Source: a virus. Taken from it: 64,000 bases of DNA. The notes under the pieces were generated by a model that saw nothing but the letters and a program-made list of their open reading frames with translations, was not told the origin of the DNA and ran no database searches. Location: the IMG/VR virus record IMGVR_UViG_3300035232_000745, one strand, 5' to 3'. Shown here in pieces: positions 8,559-17,231 of this stretch. Numbering within the stretch: position 1 is the first letter of the stretch; each line of letters starts with the position of its first letter. Both the position numbers and the translations under genes were made by a program.

Positions 8559-9205
8559 ATATTGAAAAGAAGCTGACACAGATTTGGATAGGACCTAAGC
8601 CTGCTCCGCTTACATGGATGCACACTTGGAGAGATAAACATCCTGACTGGGAATATTCTATATTTGATGATAGTATGCTTCATAATCGTAAATGGCATAA
8701 CCAACATTTAATTGATCGTTACTATGCAATGCAAAAGTGGCCAGGAGTATCAGACTTAATAAGATATGAATTGTTATATGAAAGAGGTGGCTTTTGGCCA
8801 GAAGCTGATATGACTTGCTTAGAAAATACTGATGAGTTGTTTACTTCACCAAAAGATCATGCTTATTCTTGTTATGAAAATGAAAAAGGAAGACAAAACT
8901 TTATTCAACCTATTATGGCATGTAATCCAGGTAATGCTTTCGTAAAACATGTCATAGATACATTACATATATTAACACCAAACGAATTAAGCCCAGAACC
9001 TTTTAGATCAACTGGAAATCTATTCTTAGCTCGTCATGTTCCGCATTGGATGCATCAACTTACAGTATGGCCCAGTCATTACTTCATTCCTTTGTTTTAC
9101 ATTGGCGGAGCTAAAAGATATGATGGACCTGATAAGGTTTATGCCGATCATAAATGGGGATCAACCGGCCATGCAAATAGTATAACATATGATAAGGGTT
9201 TATAA
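8555..9205 (+). CDS. Glycosyltransferase, GT32/OCH1-like (DXD sugar-binding)
   Basis: QIWIGP...HPDWEY...SDLIRYELLYERGGFWPEAD. Confidence 0.8.
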   Translation: MNIEKKLTQIWIGPKPAPLTWMHTWRDKHPDWEYSIFDDSMLHNRKWHNQHLIDRYYAMQKWPGVSDLIRYELLYERGGFWPEADMTCLENTDELFTSPKDHAYSCYENEKGRQNFIQPIMACNPGNAFVKHVIDTLHILTPNELSPEPFRSTGNLFLARHVPHWMHQLTVWPSHYFIPLFYIGGAKRYDGPDKVYADHKWGSTGHANSITYDKGL

Positions 9206-9876
9206 TGTACATATCTCACAAATATAAATTGATATTTTTAAGATCTCCGAAAACCGCTAGTAGCAGCTTATCAGAGTTTTTTATTAAAAACATTCCCGAT
9301 CCTGATGCTATATACACGCCAGTAGAAGATAGTAATATAAAAGGAACATTGAGTCAGGATATTATTAATAGATATAAAACTCATTTCAAATTTTATCATT
9401 TTACTTTGCAAGATATAATTGATAATAATATTATTACGAAAGAACAGGCATTATCATATCGTTCTATTTGTGTTATAAGAGATCCAGTCGATAGACAAAA
9501 AAGTTTTTACTACTTTTATAAAAAATGGAAACAACCTGGTTCTCAAGCGAGCATTGAACAATACAACGATTGGACATCAAACGGTCCTTTTATAGGTGAA
9601 CCTAACTCTGGTATATTACAATCATCTTTTTTAAAAATCGATAACAAAATTGTAGGAGAGTATTGGTTGTATCAAAACTTTCATAATGATTTAAGTCAAT
9701 TAATGCGAGAATTAGACTTATCGGTAACACATATGTTACCACAGCATAAGACAGACTTTAGAAAAAACAGAGATAACGAAATAAAGTTTAACGAGTTTGC
9801 CACTGATAATTTAAACAAATTCTTTGGTTCAGATGTTAAGTTGTATAATGAATTATTAGAAGAGACTTATGTATGA
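9205..9876 (+). CDS. Sulfotransferase family-2-like protein
   Basis: IFLRSPKTASSS (5'-PSB loop) and IRDPVDRQKSFY (3'-PB motif). Confidence 0.75.
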   Translation: MYISHKYKLIFLRSPKTASSSLSEFFIKNIPDPDAIYTPVEDSNIKGTLSQDIINRYKTHFKFYHFTLQDIIDNNIITKEQALSYRSICVIRDPVDRQKSFYYFYKKWKQPGSQASIEQYNDWTSNGPFIGEPNSGILQSSFLKIDNKIVGEYWLYQNFHNDLSQLMRELDLSVTHMLPQHKTDFRKNRDNEIKFNEFATDNLNKFFGSDVKLYNELLEETYV

Positions 9877-10556
9877 AAGCTTACATATTAAAGATTGATA
9901 CTCAAACATCGAATGAATATGCTAAAGTTTGTTCTGATAGCTGCAACAATATAGGACTTGATTGGGAGTATTTTAACGGGTTTCAAAACATGTCTGGAAA
10001 GATGGCTTTTAATACTTTAAATATCCCTGGTTTACCTGTAGAAACATACAGTCACATCGATAACCCTTCTACTGGCCATAAAGCTATGTGTGCTACAGCT
10101 GGTCATTTTGCGATATGGCAGAAAATTGCTAAGTCTGACCACGATGTAGGTATAGTTTTAGAACATGACGCAGTTATGTTACAACCAGTAACTATACAAA
10201 TACCAGAAAATACTATCGTTGTTCTTGGTTACAAAGTTAAAGATAAAGATAGATACGATCACAAATCTGCTGGTGTTCCTAATGATTTAATAAGAATTGA
10301 CGGGCACGAAGGAGCTCACGCTTATGCAATAACTAAAAGAACTGCTAAGTTCTTGCTCAATGAATTGAGCATACAAGGTGTTCATAGCGCAATAGATAAT
10401 GATTATTTTATTAGAAGACAGCGCAGAACTGCAATGCCTTTAACTATAGCATCACCTACACCAGCTATAGGATGGTTAAGGGAATCTACCATATGGCAAG
10501 AAAGTTCTCATACTAATTATGAATTTATACCCTCTTTTCATAAATATTATAAATAG
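9873..10556 (+). CDS. Glycosyltransferase, GT25-like
   Basis: CATAGHFAIWQK...IVLEHDAV...GAHAYAIT. Confidence 0.75.
   Translation: MKAYILKIDTQTSNEYAKVCSDSCNNIGLDWEYFNGFQNMSGKMAFNTLNIPGLPVETYSHIDNPSTGHKAMCATAGHFAIWQKIAKSDHDVGIVLEHDAVMLQPVTIQIPENTIVVLGYKVKDKDRYDHKSAGVPNDLIRIDGHEGAHAYAITKRTAKFLLNELSIQGVHSAIDNDYFIRRQRRTAMPLTIASPTPAIGWLRESTIWQESSHTNYEFIPSFHKYYK
10548..10555 (+). promoter_or_regulatory. T4-type late promoter for the internal-protein cluster
   Basis: TATAAATA about 33 nt before ATG 10588. Confidence 0.7.
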
Positions 10557-10587
10557 AAATAAATCTCAATACAATAGGATTGCTCTC

Positions 10588-12696
10588 ATGGCTGATGATA
10601 AAGACGTTAAAACAGATGAAAAATCTAAAAAGAAAAATTCTAAGAATTTTGACAGTTCAAAATATATAGATGTAGAACCTACATTGGATGAAAAAGAAGA
10701 GACTAACGAGGCTCTTTTAACCAGAATGCAAAGACGTGCACGCGGTATTACAATGCGTAAAAATCGTTTTAAGATTAAAAGAGGTAGAGAAAAAGCTGCC
10801 CGCAGAATGGCATCAGTCGAAATACTTAAAAAGAGAGCACGTAAACAAGCTATACGCAATTTAAAAGCCAAATTCGCTAAAAATAAAAGATATGCTGAAA
10901 TGAGCGCTGGTGAAAAGATAGTCATCGATAAAAGAATTTCTAAGTTACCAGCATCTAGATTGAATGCTATGGCTCGTAAGTTATTGCCAAGTGTCAAAAC
11001 TGCTGAACGCGCAAGAAAAACACATGCTAAGAAAGAGTCTGTTTCTTTATCAAGCATGGTAGATAATAATTTAAATGAAGCAACAATGTGGGGTCAAAGA
11101 CAAGGCAAGCGTCCTCATATGCTTCTTGATAAAGATAACAAACCAAAATTCGATAAACGTTTTAGAATGTATAAACCTAAAATGGAAGAAAGTGTTGATG
11201 ATTTTGATGAGATCCTCAATTTATTAGAAACAACAGAAGATTACGTTAGTAGCGAACAAGGACGAGAAGATATGCAAAGCTTTAAAGAAAACACAAGGCT
11301 AAAGTTAATTAATAAAATTAAAAACTCAGGCGTAGTTAAGTCAGGTTCCATGTCAAAAGACGCACCAGTTAAAAAGGAAAAAGAAGAGATCAAAGAGCTA
11401 TCGATTGCTGACGTTCAAAAGGCCACAGCGATGGCAAAGAAACGACAAGAAAAGGAACGTAATGCTAAAGGAAAAACCAGTGTATCGACGACTGATCTTG
11501 CAGCACGTATGCCTAAGAAAGAAGCAGCTGATTTAGCAGATCTCGCAAACGAAAAGATTAAAGATAAAAAAGAAATTGGTGAAATACCAAAAGACAGCGA
11601 AAGAAAATTTAAGCGTCGTAAAACCGTAGTTGATAAAGAAATAGAAAAAAATGACGTGGAAGAAGCAGCAACTCAAAGATCTTTGTTAAACATTGTTGCT
11701 AAAAACGAAGCATTTGGTCGTGCAAGATTTTCTCAAGAACTAAAAAGAAAAGGAATGGATGTAAATAAAATGCATTCCGACAATGTTAAAGATGCAGAAG
11801 CTGCAAAGAAAAGATCGGCAGAAGCTGAAAAAGATTTAGCTGATTTCAGAAAAAAGCACGGAATGAAAGAGTCAACAAACGGTGTACGTCAACCAAAGCA
11901 TATGGACCCTAAGCCAACAAGCATTAAATCTATTACTACAACCAAAAGAAATCCTACTAAAGTTAAACCAAAACCGGCTGCAAACAACCGGCCAGGATAT
12001 GTTGCTGGAGATGAGTACATTGGTGAAGCACAACTTGACGAGTTATCGCCTGAAACAATGATGAGCTATAAAAAGAAAGCTGATTACAGTGCAGATCGTG
12101 CAGCAAACTCTGCAGCTGCTAAAATTCTTAGAGGTAAAGATAAAGACGGCAATAGAGCTGATCATTCTCCTGAACTTAAGACTATGAAAAAACGCAGAGA
12201 AGGCGACAGACTGTATAATACAAGAGCTGCCGATAAGTTAAGAAAGGCTTTACAAAAAGAAGCTACTATTCCTGATGGACAAACTGCTTTTACAAAAAGA
12301 CCAGATGTGACAGATAGCGATAAAGATAAACTTCTTAAGATTAAAGCAATGATGGATAAAGAACGCTCAAAGAAAAATACGAATGAGAAATATGCTTCAG
12401 ATGCTCAACGTAAAGCAGTATGGGCATCGAGAAATGATAAGAAAAATGAAGCCCAGGTAGACGAGATGGATATTTCTGTTAAGTCTATTACTAAGTCAGG
12501 ACTTAGAAAAGTTGGTGATGAACCTAAACTAAAGGCTGATTTAAAAGCTTTAAGAGATAGACTTAATAAAGATAAGGGTGACGGATACGGCTCAAATAAA
12601 TCATTAAAAGCTAATTACGGCGAAGAAGCTGGTGCAGGAGAACAAGGTACTGATAAATTAGTTAATAGATTTAAAAAGGACACTCCCAATGCTTAG
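10588..12696 (+). CDS. Large K/E/R-rich putative internal head (poly)protein
   Basis: Late promoter; low complexity; many x-x-E-A/S/L motifs and an LDELSPE module shared with 15535. Confidence 0.6.
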   Translation: MADDKDVKTDEKSKKKNSKNFDSSKYIDVEPTLDEKEETNEALLTRMQRRARGITMRKNRFKIKRGREKAARRMASVEILKKRARKQAIRNLKAKFAKNKRYAEMSAGEKIVIDKRISKLPASRLNAMARKLLPSVKTAERARKTHAKKESVSLSSMVDNNLNEATMWGQRQGKRPHMLLDKDNKPKFDKRFRMYKPKMEESVDDFDEILNLLETTEDYVSSEQGREDMQSFKENTRLKLINKIKNSGVVKSGSMSKDAPVKKEKEEIKELSIADVQKATAMAKKRQEKERNAKGKTSVSTTDLAARMPKKEAADLADLANEKIKDKKEIGEIPKDSERKFKRRKTVVDKEIEKNDVEEAATQRSLLNIVAKNEAFGRARFSQELKRKGMDVNKMHSDNVKDAEAAKKRSAEAEKDLADFRKKHGMKESTNGVRQPKHMDPKPTSIKSITTTKRNPTKVKPKPAANNRPGYVAGDEYIGEAQLDELSPETMMSYKKKADYSADRAANSAAAKILRGKDKDGNRADHSPELKTMKKRREGDRLYNTRAADKLRKALQKEATIPDGQTAFTKRPDVTDSDKDKLLKIKAMMDKERSKKNTNEKYASDAQRKAVWASRNDKKNEAQVDEMDISVKSITKSGLRKVGDEPKLKADLKALRDRLNKDKGDGYGSNKSLKANYGEEAGAGEQGTDKLVNRFKKDTPNA

Positions 12697-13186
12697 TTTT
12701 AAACAATTTGTTATTGAAGCAAGAGATACTCATTGCTCAGATAAATGTTGTGGTTCCGACGTTAAAAGAGAAGATTGCGATTGCCCACCAACTTGTGAGC
12801 ATTGTAATTGCAACGCAGTTGACGAAGCTTGTTGGGATACTCATAAACAAGTAGGAATGAAGAAAAAAGGCGATAAGATGGTACCAGATTGTGTACCTAA
12901 AGAAGATGTAGATGAAGGTATTGTTGGATCAGCTTTATCAGGCGTATTTAAAGGCGCTGCTAAAACAGTTGTAGGTGGAACACGCCTAGCCGGTAAGGGT
13001 ATCAGAAGAGCATCTGTAGCAGGGAGAGCAGACGCAGCTGAGAAAAAAGCTAAAAAAGCCGAACAAAAGAATAAAGATCGTGAAAGACTTACTAAGATGA
13101 AAGCAAGATACGATGCTGCAAAAGCTAAAGCAAGAGAAAGAGCTAATGCACCGGTAAAGCCAACTAAATCAGGAGCTACTTCATGA
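12689..13186 (+). CDS. Putative internal head protein (CTS-like N-terminus; Cys-rich segment)
   Basis: MLSFKQFVIE; CW...GMKKKGDKMVPDCVP module. Confidence 0.6.
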   Translation: MLSFKQFVIEARDTHCSDKCCGSDVKREDCDCPPTCEHCNCNAVDEACWDTHKQVGMKKKGDKMVPDCVPKEDVDEGIVGSALSGVFKGAAKTVVGGTRLAGKGIRRASVAGRADAAEKKAKKAEQKNKDRERLTKMKARYDAAKAKARERANAPVKPTKSGATS

Positions 13187-13413
13187 AAAAGTTTAAGTCA
13201 TTCTTAGAAGCAAAAGACCAAAATCCTGGTGAATACGATCAAGAAGGAAGCATGGCTAAGACATCTTTGCGCACTATGATAGATGCTGCAACTGAATTGT
13301 CTAATATGCTAGGCGATGATGATAATCTACCAGAATGGGTTCAAGGCAAAATTACTAAGGCCACTGATTATATTGATACCGCAAGAGATTATATGAAGTC
13401 AGAAAAGAGTTAA
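13183..13413 (+). CDS. Putative internal head protein
   Basis: MKKFKSFLE; EGSMAK...LPEWVQGKITKA. Confidence 0.6.
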   Translation: MKKFKSFLEAKDQNPGEYDQEGSMAKTSLRTMIDAATELSNMLGDDDNLPEWVQGKITKATDYIDTARDYMKSEKS

Positions 13414-13416
13414 TAA

Positions 13417-13797
13417 ATGTTAAGATTTAAGCTTTTTTGCGAAAGAGTAACTCAGAGACAGATTACTGATTTAGAAAAATTTGGTGATAAACTGCTTAAT
13501 AAGTACAATATCGATATCGAGTTTTCTAGACATTTCGCAGATAGGATGAATGATCCAAGAAACAAACCAGAGATTAAGATAGCAGAGCTTCAGAAACTGT
13601 TTAAAAAGATTGCTAAGAGAAAAGGCAAATCAATTAAACAGTTAGGGCCTGATGTGCAAGCTGTTTTAAAAGATATTGATACAGATTTAAATTTGCCTAT
13701 TGTTATTCATTATAACAAAGGTGAATTTGAGATTACGCATAAAACTATTATGCGCAAAAAGAATTTTAGAACCCCAAACGACGTGGTGAAAGTATGA
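13417..13797 (+). CDS. Putative internal protein, possible RelE/RegB-like RNase fold
   Basis: MLRFKLFCE; IEFSRHFADR...KTIMRK. Confidence 0.45.
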   Translation: MLRFKLFCERVTQRQITDLEKFGDKLLNKYNIDIEFSRHFADRMNDPRNKPEIKIAELQKLFKKIAKRKGKSIKQLGPDVQAVLKDIDTDLNLPIVIHYNKGEFEITHKTIMRKKNFRTPNDVVKV

Positions 13798-14252
13798 AAA
13801 GATTTATTCAGTTTACAGAAAACGCTAGTTACTATAAAGGCATTCCTAAAAAACAAAAAGATGACAGAGAACGTCATTTTGAAAAAGGCGCAAAGATGGA
13901 TGATGGTAATCCAGCTGCTTATAAACCTGCTCCAGGAGATAAAGATGCTAAGACTAAAGAGTCAAAGCATACAAAGAAAGCACGCGCAATGGGTTTTACA
14001 AACGAAGAGTTTGATTTCTTAGGAGAAGACGCTGCAGGTAAATCTTTAGCAGATAAAGCAAAAAAATCGGGTATGGCCGCAGGTATTTTGCGTAAAGTAT
14101 ATAATAGAGGTGTTGCGGCATGGCGTACTGGACATAAACCTGGCACAACTCCACAACAATGGGGTCATGCTAGGGTAAATTCTTTCATTACAAAGTCTTC
14201 TGGTACTTGGGGAGGAGCTGATAAAGACTTAGCTTCTAAGGTAAAAAAATGA
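13794..14252 (+). CDS. Putative internal protein (basic, DUF5824-like)
   Basis: MKRFIQFTE; LRKVYNRGVAAWRTGH...QQWGHARVNSF. Confidence 0.6.
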   Translation: MKRFIQFTENASYYKGIPKKQKDDRERHFEKGAKMDDGNPAAYKPAPGDKDAKTKESKHTKKARAMGFTNEEFDFLGEDAAGKSLADKAKKSGMAAGILRKVYNRGVAAWRTGHKPGTTPQQWGHARVNSFITKSSGTWGGADKDLASKVKK

Positions 14253-15154
14253 TAACTTTTAAACAATATATAGCAGAACAAGAAGATAAGGCTACACCTG
14301 GCTTTGATAAAGATAAAGATGGAAACGTTTTTGTTGCTCATGATACTTCATTCGACAGGAAAAAAGAAAAAGAAAAGAAAAAAGATACTAACGAATCTAT
14401 AATAAAAAAAGTTAAAAAAGCTTTTGGCGTTAAAGCAGATCATGAAAAATCTTTAGCTGATCACGCTGCGAGTCATAATAAAACAGATCACAGTGAACAT
14501 CTATCAAACCATTCTTCTCGCGCACATGATGACAATCATGAGAGTGAAGCTTTCGGTCATTTTAAACGTAACTCTTCAGAAATGAATGAGCATTTAATAA
14601 GTCAGCATAAAAAAGGATTAAGTCCTGATCATCACAAAGGCTACAGTAAAAAAGCTGCTCACGAGCACAAAATACATAAAATGGACCATTCGCATTGGGA
14701 TGACCACAGTGAATTTCCTGATCGTCACGAGCAAAAACATATTCGCAATAGCGAAGCCCATGTGCATCACACAATCCATAAACATTCTAAACCTCTTGGT
14801 AAAAAAATAACTTTGTATCACGGTTCACATCACGACTTTGGTGCAGCAGCTGCAAAACATCCAAAAGGTATAATTCACAACCCAGCTCATATGTCTACAT
14901 CACATGATCATAAATCAGCAAAAGAATTTGGAAGCGGACATATTCTTGCAATTCACGCCGATAAGAAAACTAAAGCCGTTCATATAGACGGCGAAGGCGC
15001 ACGCCAACAGTCCAACCATCCTGAAAAAGAAACAGTTCTTCCAGCTGGAACTAAATTAAAACATGTTAAATCACATAAAACATCCGACGGCTATACAGTA
15101 CACCACTTTAAAGTCCATAGTCAACACGATAATGGCAAGCATTACGATCACTAG
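14249..15154 (+). CDS. His-rich ADP-ribosyltransferase-like putative internal protein
   Basis: MITFKQYIAE; ITLYHG, MSTS, EKETVLPAGTK resemble the R-STS-ExE ART motifs. Confidence 0.65.
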   Translation: MITFKQYIAEQEDKATPGFDKDKDGNVFVAHDTSFDRKKEKEKKKDTNESIIKKVKKAFGVKADHEKSLADHAASHNKTDHSEHLSNHSSRAHDDNHESEAFGHFKRNSSEMNEHLISQHKKGLSPDHHKGYSKKAAHEHKIHKMDHSHWDDHSEFPDRHEQKHIRNSEAHVHHTIHKHSKPLGKKITLYHGSHHDFGAAAAKHPKGIIHNPAHMSTSHDHKSAKEFGSGHILAIHADKKTKAVHIDGEGARQQSNHPEKETVLPAGTKLKHVKSHKTSDGYTVHHFKVHSQHDNGKHYDH

Positions 15155-15165
15155 AGAGATATTAG

Positions 15166-15489
15166 ATGAAAACTTTTAAAACATATATTAGTGAATTATA
15201 TACTGAAGAAAAAGATCCACGTTTAAAGAACGCTGGTGTAGCCGGTTTTAATAAAGCCAAAGGTACTCCTTCTCATCCTACTAAAAGTCATATTGTTGTT
15301 GCTAAAGATGGTGACAAAGTTAAAACAATTCGATTTGGTCAGCAAGGTGCAAGTACAGCTGGTGATCCTAAAAAGGGTGAGTCTGATAAAATGAAAGCAA
15401 AACGTAAGTCGTTTAAGGCTCGCCACGGTAAAAACATCGCTAAGGGGAAAATGTCAGCCGCATATTGGGCTGATAAGGTCAAATGGTAA
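15166..15489 (+). CDS. Putative internal protein (conserved basic phage family)
   Basis: MKTFKTYISE; KTIRFGQQG...RKSFKARH...AAYWA. Confidence 0.65.
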   Translation: MKTFKTYISELYTEEKDPRLKNAGVAGFNKAKGTPSHPTKSHIVVAKDGDKVKTIRFGQQGASTAGDPKKGESDKMKAKRKSFKARHGKNIAKGKMSAAYWADKVKW

Positions 15490-15495
15490 TTTTTT

Positions 15496-15503
15496 TATAA
15501 ATA
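15496..15503 (+). promoter_or_regulatory. T4-type late promoter
   Basis: TATAAATA, intergenic. Confidence 0.7.
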
Positions 15504-15534
15504 CTATCAGTAAACATACAAAAAGGAAATCAAA

Positions 15535-15852
15535 ATGAAACGGTTTAGTACATTCATTAACGAATTAGAAGAAAGTAAAAAGAAACTTTCTGGTGGACAA
15601 AAGGCGTTAGATAAAGATAACGATGGAGACATTGACGGTGACGATTTTGCTATGATGCGTAAAAAGAAAAACGAAGAAACAGATCAGCTTGATGAATTAT
15701 CGCCTGAAAAGTTAGGAACTTATATTAATAAAGCTTCTGATGATGCTTCTGATTTCCAGAATACGTCTAAGCGTAAAAAAGGTATTATGAGAGCTACTAA
15801 GAAATTAGTTACGAAAGCTGGTGGCGATAAAGACCAGGTCACAAACTATTAA
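15535..15852 (+). CDS. Putative internal protein with EF-hand-like DxDxDG loop
   Basis: MKRFSTFINE; LDKDNDGDIDGDDF; LDELSPE. Confidence 0.6.
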   Translation: MKRFSTFINELEESKKKLSGGQKALDKDNDGDIDGDDFAMMRKKKNEETDQLDELSPEKLGTYINKASDDASDFQNTSKRKKGIMRATKKLVTKAGGDKDQVTNY

Positions 15853-15876
15853 TTAACCCAAACTAGGAGAACAACA

Positions 15877-16179
15877 ATGGCACTATGGGGAAAAACAGAT
15901 GCACTAGCTTCCGTACCAAAATGGTTGGAAGATGCTGCATCAAACACAAACAAATCAAACGATCGCGATAACGCAATCTTTGTCGACCTTACAGAGGCAG
16001 GCATTGCATCTAACCGCGCTAAAGGTATTACTGGTCCAGGCTGGTGGTTGTATCATACATCAAATAGCCGTCATTATGCAGAATGCTTGGTACCGATGAA
16101 AGTAACCGCAGTTGCTGCTGGCGACTTAGGTGTTACTGGTGATACAGCTGTTGAAGACGCGATTGTAGCTGACGCATAA
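15877..16179 (+). CDS. Conserved virion-associated hypothetical protein (MALWG family)
   Basis: MALWGKTD...GITGPGWW; strong AGGAG RBS. Confidence 0.6.
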   Translation: MALWGKTDALASVPKWLEDAASNTNKSNDRDNAIFVDLTEAGIASNRAKGITGPGWWLYHTSNSRHYAECLVPMKVTAVAAGDLGVTGDTAVEDAIVADA

Positions 16180-16184
16180 ACAAA

Positions 16185-16559
16185 ATGAAATTAACAGAAT
16201 CAACCTTTCTGTTATTTGCTTCGAAGTATTACGACAATCCTAATTGTACTGATATAATCGAATTCGATGAGGACTTGAAAAGATTTCAATATTTACGTAA
16301 ACTTTTTGGTAGATATAGACAAGATAATGATTTGAAAGAAAGGTTGATTTTGAACCACTTGATCGTCATATATAATATTTTTGGACCTGAAGCAACTAAC
16401 ATGCTCTTTATGAAGCTACATGACTATCACGAGTATTTAAAGCCGTTCGTAGAGTATTTAAACTTTATGCCTTCGGTAATAGAATATGATGATATTATGC
16501 TTAGTAAAGATAATATTATTTCAGATATAAGTATAAGCGAAAAGCTTAGAGGAATTTAA
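16185..16559 (+). CDS. Conserved T4-like hypothetical protein
   Basis: YDNP...EFDEDLKRF...ERLILNH motif seen in T4-like phages. Confidence 0.65.
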   Translation: MKLTESTFLLFASKYYDNPNCTDIIEFDEDLKRFQYLRKLFGRYRQDNDLKERLILNHLIVIYNIFGPEATNMLFMKLHDYHEYLKPFVEYLNFMPSVIEYDDIMLSKDNIISDISISEKLRGI

Positions 16560-16562
16560 CAA

Positions 16563-17231
16563 ATGGTAGTAGATCTATTTTTAGTCTATCAATTTATAAG
16601 ACGTTTAGCTACACCATTTAATAAATGGGAAGCACATAAACTCGGCATCATTGATGATAAGGGTAATGTCTTAATTAAATCAAAAGAATTTACTAACTCT
16701 CGTCAGAGAAAGGCGTGGGGTATATTTGATAGAATGATAGCAAATCTAAAGAAACTCCTAGCTAAAGTGCCTGGTGGTAGTTCTAGATTTGCTACATACG
16801 CAGCTGCGTTATTCCTCATTAAAGAATATAAAGTGTTCACAGATGAATCAACTCTTACTGAAGACATAAGTGATGAACAACTACAAGAATCTATGGAATT
16901 ATTTTCTAGTAGGTATAACCATTATACTGTGTTAGCTGAAAATGTCAACGAAAAGTTGAAAAAGAGTGATGATATGGGTGCTTGGATAGACGACTTTCAA
17001 GACTCAGACGCTCCTCAGTTTAAAGGTAAATCAAAAGAGAAAAAACGTAAGATGGCAATTGCTGCAAAGCTAAGTGCTATGGATGAAGAACCAGTTAATA
17101 ATGTAGGTGGTGGTAATATCGCCGGAATGGATGGTGGCCATATGTCTAAAGCAGGACAAAAGAAATGGACGTCAAAGAATAGTTCTTCAAAAAATAAAAG
17201 ACTAAGAGACATTATTGGAGATAAAACATGA
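16563..17231 (+). CDS. Conserved T4-like hypothetical protein (61.1-like N-terminus)
   Basis: DLFLVYQFIRRLATPF.KW.A.KLGIID.KG. Confidence 0.6.
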   Translation: MVVDLFLVYQFIRRLATPFNKWEAHKLGIIDDKGNVLIKSKEFTNSRQRKAWGIFDRMIANLKKLLAKVPGGSSRFATYAAALFLIKEYKVFTDESTLTEDISDEQLQESMELFSSRYNHYTVLAENVNEKLKKSDDMGAWIDDFQDSDAPQFKGKSKEKKRKMAIAAKLSAMDEEPVNNVGGGNIAGMDGGHMSKAGQKKWTSKNSSSKNKRLRDIIGDKT

